Assembly: GCA_963743305.1 (NCBI GenBank)
Contig: CAVUPH010000025.1
Location: 1-64,000, forward strand
From: an uncultured delta proteobacterium
Lineage (GTDB): Bacteria; Desulfobacterota; RBG-13-43-22
Reading direction: 5' to 3'
DNA length: 64,000 nt
Notes under the pieces: model-generated
What the model was told of the DNA's origin: nothing
The model's input: only the letters and a program-made list of their open reading frames with translations
The model's database searches: none
In this document: positions 58,921 through 64,000 of the stretch, piece by piece
Layout of the letters: the number at the start of each line of letters is the position of its first letter
Numbering within the stretch: the first letter of the stretch is position 1
Position numbers and translations under genes: made by a program

Positions 58921-59727
58921 CTAAGGCCAAGAAGATCGTGTTTGGTTTTCCCCCCGCTTAAACAATACCGTGCCACAGGCTCTTAACTCCTCATCCGTAG
59001 AGACGGTGCCGGTCACCCCGGAAGCATCCTGGGCAGCCAGGAAGAGAGCGCATTTGACCATCTTGTCCGCGGAAACCCAGCCCTGGCGCTCCTCCGGTTT
59101 GGTCCAGAAGCGCATCCCCTCGGTATCCACCGGTTCTTTGGGCTTCAGGCCGTTGACGGCGATATTGGATTGCCCCACCTCCACGGCCAGACCATAGGTG
59201 AAACGGTCCAGCCCGGCCTTGGCCACGCCGTAGGCCACCCCGGTGGGGATCGTACCGGCGTCCCGTTCGTCAGCCGCCAGGGAGGAGATGTTGATGATGC
59301 TGCCCCTTTTCTGAGCGATCATGGCGGGCAGTACGGCCCGGGCGCATAAAAAGGCCCCCGTCAAGTTCACCCGCAGGACCGTTTCCCACCGTTTGAGCGG
59401 CGTTTCAATGATCGGGTAAAAGAAGGCCACGCCGGCGTTGTTGACCAGGATATCGACGGTCCCGAAAGCCGCTATGGCCGCCTGCACCATGGCCTGGACG
59501 CTTTCCTCCTGGGTCACGTCGCATTGAATCGGCAGGGCCTGGCCCCCCCCGGCTTCGATCGCGGCGGCGGTTTCCTGGATGCTCCCTTCGAGCCCGCCCT
59601 CCTCGTGGGACAAAGAACGGGCCGCCAGGACGACTTGCGCACCCCCCGGGCCAGTCCCAGGGCGATGGCTTTGCCGATGCCCCGACTGGCTCCGGTGACG
59701 ATGGCGGTTTTGTCTTTGAGAAAGCAT
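58921..59727 (-). CDS. Short-chain dehydrogenase/reductase, frameshifted
   Basis: VTGASRGIG, CDV, LVNNAG, NISS, YGVAK. Confidence 0.9.
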   Translation of the reverse strand: MLSQRQNRHRHRSQSGHRQSHRPGTGPGGAQVVLAARSLSHEEGGLEGSIQETAAAIEAGGGQALPIQCDVTQEESVQAMVQAAIAAFGTVDILVNNAGVAFFYPIIETPLKRWETVLRVNLTGAFLCARAVLPAMIAQKRGSIINISSLAADERDAGTIPTGVAYGVAKAGLDRFTYGLAVEVGQSNIAVNGLKPKEPVDTEGMRFWTKPEERQGWVSADKMVKCALFLAAQDASGVTGTVSTDEELRACGTVLFKRGENQTRSSWP

Positions 59728-59959
59728 GGGTTTCTCCTAATTAATATTTCGTAAACGTTATTTACTGAACAGTCAGTCTGGTTCTCGGTTGAGGTGAATA
59801 TTCCCAGTATTAATTTTTTCCTCGCAGGGGCTTTTTTACCCGTCGCCTCGTGCCGTGGGAAGGGATTACCCCTCCCCAATGAGTGGTTCCGCGGTCCCTT
59901 CTTGCGTGGGGCGTTTAAACCGGAACCGGCAACCAGTATCGGCCTTTCGCCTCTAATCA

Positions 59960-61278
59960 TGCCGGCCAACAGCTTCCGCGGCAGCCAGCGTAGCCTGAAC
60001 TCCGGAAACAAAATGACGATGATCAGTAAGAGGGCTTGGATTCCCACAAAGGGAATCACCGACCGGATAATATCCCCCATGGAAATATTCGACGGCACAA
60101 CTGCCTTCATGTAGAAAAGATTGAAGCCGAAGGGCGGGGTCAGGTAAGCCATTTCCATGTTGACGATGAAGAGCAACCCGAACCAGATGGGGTCGAAGCC
60201 CAGGGCCTTGATCACCGGCACGAAGACCGGCGTGCAGATCATGATGATCCCTCCCGGGTCCAGCAACATGCCCAGGATGAAGAGCACCGTCTGCATGCCG
60301 ATCAGGACAATATACTTGGAAACCGGCAGGGTGGCGATCACTTCCTGAATGAAGTCCACGGCCCCGATGGCCGTATAGAGGGAGGTGAAGGCCGTGCCCC
60401 CGATGATGATCCAGACCACCATGCTGCTGAGCCGCAGGGTGGAGTAACTCGATTCCTTGATCACCTTCCAGGAGAGGGTCCGGGACACGGCGGCGCAAAC
60501 CATGGCCCCCAGAGCGCCCAGGCCCGCGGCCTCGGTGGGAGTAGCGACCCCTTTGAAGATGGAGCCGAGCACCAGGGCGATGAGGACCAGCGGGCAGGAT
60601 CACGGCCCGCAGGGATTCGAATTTTTCCTTCCAGGTAGCCCGTTTATCCTTGGGCAGGGCCGGCCCCAGGTCCTTCTGAAAAAAACAGCGGATCAGGATG
60701 TAGAAGATGAACATGAGCCCCAGCAGGATCCCCGGGACGATGCCGCTGGCAAAGAGGGCGCCGATGGATTCCCCGGAAAAGAGGCCGTAGAGGATGAAGG
60801 GGATGCTGGGCGGAATCAGGACCCCCAGGGCCCCGCCGGCGCTGATGCAGCCGATGGAGATGTCCTTGTTGTAGCCCCGCTCCAGCATGGAGGGCAGGGC
60901 GATGAGCCCCATGCTCACCGTGGCCGCCCCGCTGACCCCGACCATGGCGGCGAAGATCATGCAGATGATCACCGTCCCCACGGCCAAGCCACCCCGGACC
61001 CCGCCGAACCAGCGGTACATCATTTCATAAAGGGCCTTGGCCAGCCCCGCCTGTTCGAGGACGACGCCCATGAAGATAAAAAGGGGAATGGCGATGAGAA
61101 TGAAATTCTGCATGACCCCGAAGCAGTTGGATGAAACCTGCATCAATCCCTGGGGTCCCCAGAGCAGGTAGGAAAAGATGACCGCCGCGCCGCCCATGAC
61201 CATCACCAGGGAGGCGCCGGTGGCCAAAAACAGGAGCAGCCCGACAAACAAGAGGGTGGTGATCAATCCGAGGTCCAT
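59960..61278 (-). CDS. dctM: TRAP transporter large permease, frameshift near 60590; 3' end approximate
   Basis: IAIPLFIFMG, GALGVLIPPSI, ATPTEAA, YLTPPFGFNLF. Confidence 0.9.
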
Positions 61279-61291
61279 GGGCTACCCCTTT

Positions 61292-61864
61292 CTACCCGTT
61301 GAACGGAGTGTTTGGCAATCGCGAATGAATTTGGCGATGGCCTGCAGCAGGAACAACAGGGCCCCCAGAGGGAGGATGATCCGGAAGGGATAGAGCGGGG
61401 GCCCCCACTGGGTGGAATCGTGCTCCAGGGTGATCAGCGACCGCCAGGCCCCTTCCCCCCTTCCAGAGCAGGATGCCCAGAAAGGGAATGGTCAGGATAA
61501 AAAAAGTGACGATATCCAGTATGGCCCTGCCCCGCGGGGAAAATCGGCTGTAAAAGATGTCCATGTTGACATGTTTGTTTTCCTTGGCCGTGTAGGCCCC
61601 GCCCAGCATGATAAAGGTGCCGAAAAGCATGGCCGACATCTCCTGGGCCCAGACGGTCGGTGCGCTAAAAAAATAACGCTTGACCACGTCGTAACTGACC
61701 ATCAGGGCCAATACCACGATCAATAGGCCGGCCATTTTCCCCACCGATTCGCTGAGCCAATCGATGCCGGCCAGCAGGCCGCCCCCGCCCTTTGACGGGC
61801 GGGGAGCGGATTGTTCCTCCCGGGTGGCAGAGGGACCGGGATCTTGCTTTTCTTCCCTGTTCAT
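61292..61864 (-). CDS. dctQ: TRAP transporter small permease, frameshifted 3' part
   Basis: YDVVKRYFF.APT.WAQE, HVNMDIFY. Confidence 0.87.
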   Translation of the reverse strand: MNREEKQDPGPSATREEQSAPRPSKGGGGLLAGIDWLSESVGKMAGLLIVVLALMVSYDVVKRYFFSAPTVWAQEMSAMLFGTFIMLGGAYTAKENKHVNMDIFYSRFSPRGRAILDIVTFFILTIPFLGILLWKGGRGLAVADHPGARFHPVGAPALSLPDHPPSGGPVVPAAGHRQIHSRLPNTPFNG

Positions 61865-61878
61865 GCCTCGCCTCCTGA

Positions 61879-62901
61879 TCAGTGGCCTTTTTCTTTCCGC
61901 AATTCCTTCAACAGGTTGACCGCCTTGGCGGACAGGGCGTCCTTCTTGGCCATCTCCGCCTCCAGTTCCTCGCCGACCTTATCCATTTTTTGCTGCTCGG
62001 CCTCGGGCAGGGTGACGAACTGGACCTTCCATTTCTTGGCCATGTCCTCCTTGGCGGCCTTGGTCAGTGCCCGGGAACTGGTGAAGGCTGCCAGGCCGCC
62101 TTTCTGCAGGGACGATTCGAGCGCGGCCCGCTGTTCGGGTTTCAGTTTTTTCCAGAGGTCCAGGTTGATCATGATGTTGTTCCAGGAGCCGATGATCGGT
62201 TCCGGTTCCATGTAGTTTTTAAGCACTTCCTGGAATTTCATTTCATACATGGGGCCCGCATCCCCCCAATGGGCGCCATCGACCACACCGGTGGCCAGGG
62301 CGGTATACAATTCCCCGGCGGCGACTACCGTGGTGGAGGCACCCAGCTTGCCGAGGAAATCGGCCATGATCCCCATGGCCCGCAGCTTCATCCCTTTCAG
62401 GTCCTCCACCTTGTTGATCGGCTTCTTGGTCATCAGGCCGACCGAAAAGGGTTCATAAGGGATGATATAGACGTTGTGCTTGGCATAGCCTTCACGCAGG
62501 AGGTTGAGGTAGCCCTTCTTGAACATGAATTCCCGGACTTCATCAAAGTTAATAAAGGAATAAGGCACCCCCTGGCCGATTTCGCTGACCGGGATGGCCT
62601 TATACCAGAAGCCTTCCGGATACATGGCCAGATCGAGCGTGCCCTTGCCGACGGCGTCCATCATCTCCTTCACCGGGACGATGGCTCCCGCCGGGAAAAT
62701 GGTGAGCTCCAGGGTCCCCTTGGAGGCCGCGGCCAGGTCCTGGGCCAAGGTGGCCGTGACCCGCTTGGTCTGGGTCGGGATCAGGTGGGTCTGCATCCGA
62801 AGTTTCAGTTTGGGTTCATCCGCCGCACCGGCCAGCGTGCCGATGACGAACACCATGACCATTCCCAATACCAGTGCCCAAAAACCGTTTCTGTGCTTCA
62901 T
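61879..62901 (-). CDS. dctP: TRAP transporter solute-binding protein
   Basis: Signal peptide, FPAGAIV, KPI..VEDLKGMKLR, ELYTALATGVVDG. Confidence 0.93.
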   Translation of the reverse strand: MKHRNGFWALVLGMVMVFVIGTLAGAADEPKLKLRMQTHLIPTQTKRVTATLAQDLAAASKGTLELTIFPAGAIVPVKEMMDAVGKGTLDLAMYPEGFWYKAIPVSEIGQGVPYSFINFDEVREFMFKKGYLNLLREGYAKHNVYIIPYEPFSVGLMTKKPINKVEDLKGMKLRAMGIMADFLGKLGASTTVVAAGELYTALATGVVDGAHWGDAGPMYEMKFQEVLKNYMEPEPIIGSWNNIMINLDLWKKLKPEQRAALESSLQKGGLAAFTSSRALTKAAKEDMAKKWKVQFVTLPEAEQQKMDKVGEELEAEMAKKDALSAKAVNLLKELRKEKGH

Positions 62902-62959
62902 ACTTCTTCCTCCTTTGGTTAATTAATAATTGGTAATTAAAAATTGATGATTGATTATT

Positions 62960-64000
62960 AATTACGGCTTTCACTCCGGCATTCTCGGTTTCCTCCTTGA
63001 CCAGGATTCGTTTTAGAAGCTTCCCGGCCGCGCTTTTCGGCAGTTCTTCCCGAAACTCGACCAGGTGCGGGCGCTTGTAGGCCGCCATATTTTCCTTGCA
63101 CCAGTCCAGGATTTCCTTCTCCGAAATCTTCCCCGCATATTCCGGTTTCAGGATGATGAAGGCCTTGGGCGTCTCACCGCGATAGGGATCGGTGACCCCG
63201 ATAACCGCTGTTTCTTTAACGGCCGGATGCCGGTAGAGCAGGGCCTCCACCTCGGCCGGAAAGACGCTGTACCCGGAGCACTTGATCAGCTCCCGTTTGC
63301 GGCCCAGGAACTTGACGTACCCTTCCTCGTCCATGAGCCCCAGGTCCCCGGTATGGAGCCAGCCGTCGCGGAGGACCTCGGCCGTCTCCTTCGGATTGTT
63401 CCAGTAGCCGAGCATGACCACCGGCCCTTTGATGGTGATTTCCCCCTCCTCGTTCGGCCCCAGTTCGCGCGTCCCGGTCTCCAGGTCCCGGATCTCGATC
63501 TCATTGAGCTGGGGGATGCCCAGAAAACCCGGCTTGTAGCGGTGTAGGGGAGTGACAGCTCCGCCATGGGAGATGGTTTCCGAAAGGCCGTAGCCTTCGC
63601 CGATGGCCGCCCGGGGCGCCAGTTCTTTCAATTGATTCTGAAGTTCTACCGAGATGGGGGTGCCGCCGGTCAACAGGACCCGGAAGGAAGAAAAATCGTA
63701 TTGCCGGACATTGGGCAGACTGAGCAGGGCGATCATCATGGTGGTGGCCCCCACCCAGTAGGTGCAGCGGTAATGGGTGATGGCCTGAGCCACCACCTCC
63801 GGGACAAACCGGGCGAGGATCACGATCCGGCCGCCGGATACCAACGGGGTGCAGAGGAGTTGCTGCTGCCCCATGACATGGAAGAAAGGGGTCACGCCGA
63901 GGTGCACGTCGTCCTCCCGGTGACGAAACCAGTACATGGCCCCCAGGTTGGCGCAGCTCAGGGTGTGGTGGCTGATCATGGCCCCTTTGGGCAGTCCCGT
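62960..64000 (-). CDS. AMP-binding acyl-CoA synthetase, 5' part outside the window; 3' end approximate
   Basis: TGLPKG, GYGLSE, GWLHTGD, GRKRELIK.SG.SV.PAEVE, PKSAAGK. Confidence 0.92.

Overview
GC-rich chromosomal window, probably from an anaerobic Desulfobacterota-type bacterium (inferred from gene content). It looks like an incompletely polished long-read assembly: many ordinary genes carry 1-bp indels, mostly at 1-300 and from about 28 kb rightwards. The backbone has three parts. (1) A plus-strand catabolic cluster at 3.9-23 kb: two FAD-linked oxidoreductases around a CCG/Fe-S subunit, acyl-CoA dehydrogenases, a CoA ligase, an HcrA-like molybdenum hydroxylase, PanE, MarR and a PAS kinase/sigma54 activator pair. 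(2) An envelope module at 23.3-34.6 kb: MacAB-TolC, BaeSR-like and Spy-like genes bracketed by two EF-hand proteins, each with a sigma54 promoter. (3) A minus-strand cluster at 37.6-64 kb: CoA ligase, TRAP transporter, SDR, Usp, a divergent AbfD/HpaB-family enzyme, thiolase, FadB and a second Mo hydroxylase. Three accessory hotspots (0.4-3.4, 35.2-37.5 and 41.9-53 kb) hold five complete toxin-antitoxin pairs, several TA remnants, a SPARTA system (TIR-APAZ plus short Argonaute) and a 1280-aa secreted CLCA-like metalloprotease. Two patterns are not explained by gene calls. First, accessory cargo sits three times between a gene and a diverged duplicate of that gene's last 15-20 codons (yjbQ, an ATPase remnant, fadB), with no integrase in the window. 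Second, a conserved ~53-bp site (ATTTTCATG...CATG...TTTAGTACGAAAAT) delimits unrelated palindromic mini-elements like cassettes. No rRNA, tRNA or CRISPR array was seen.
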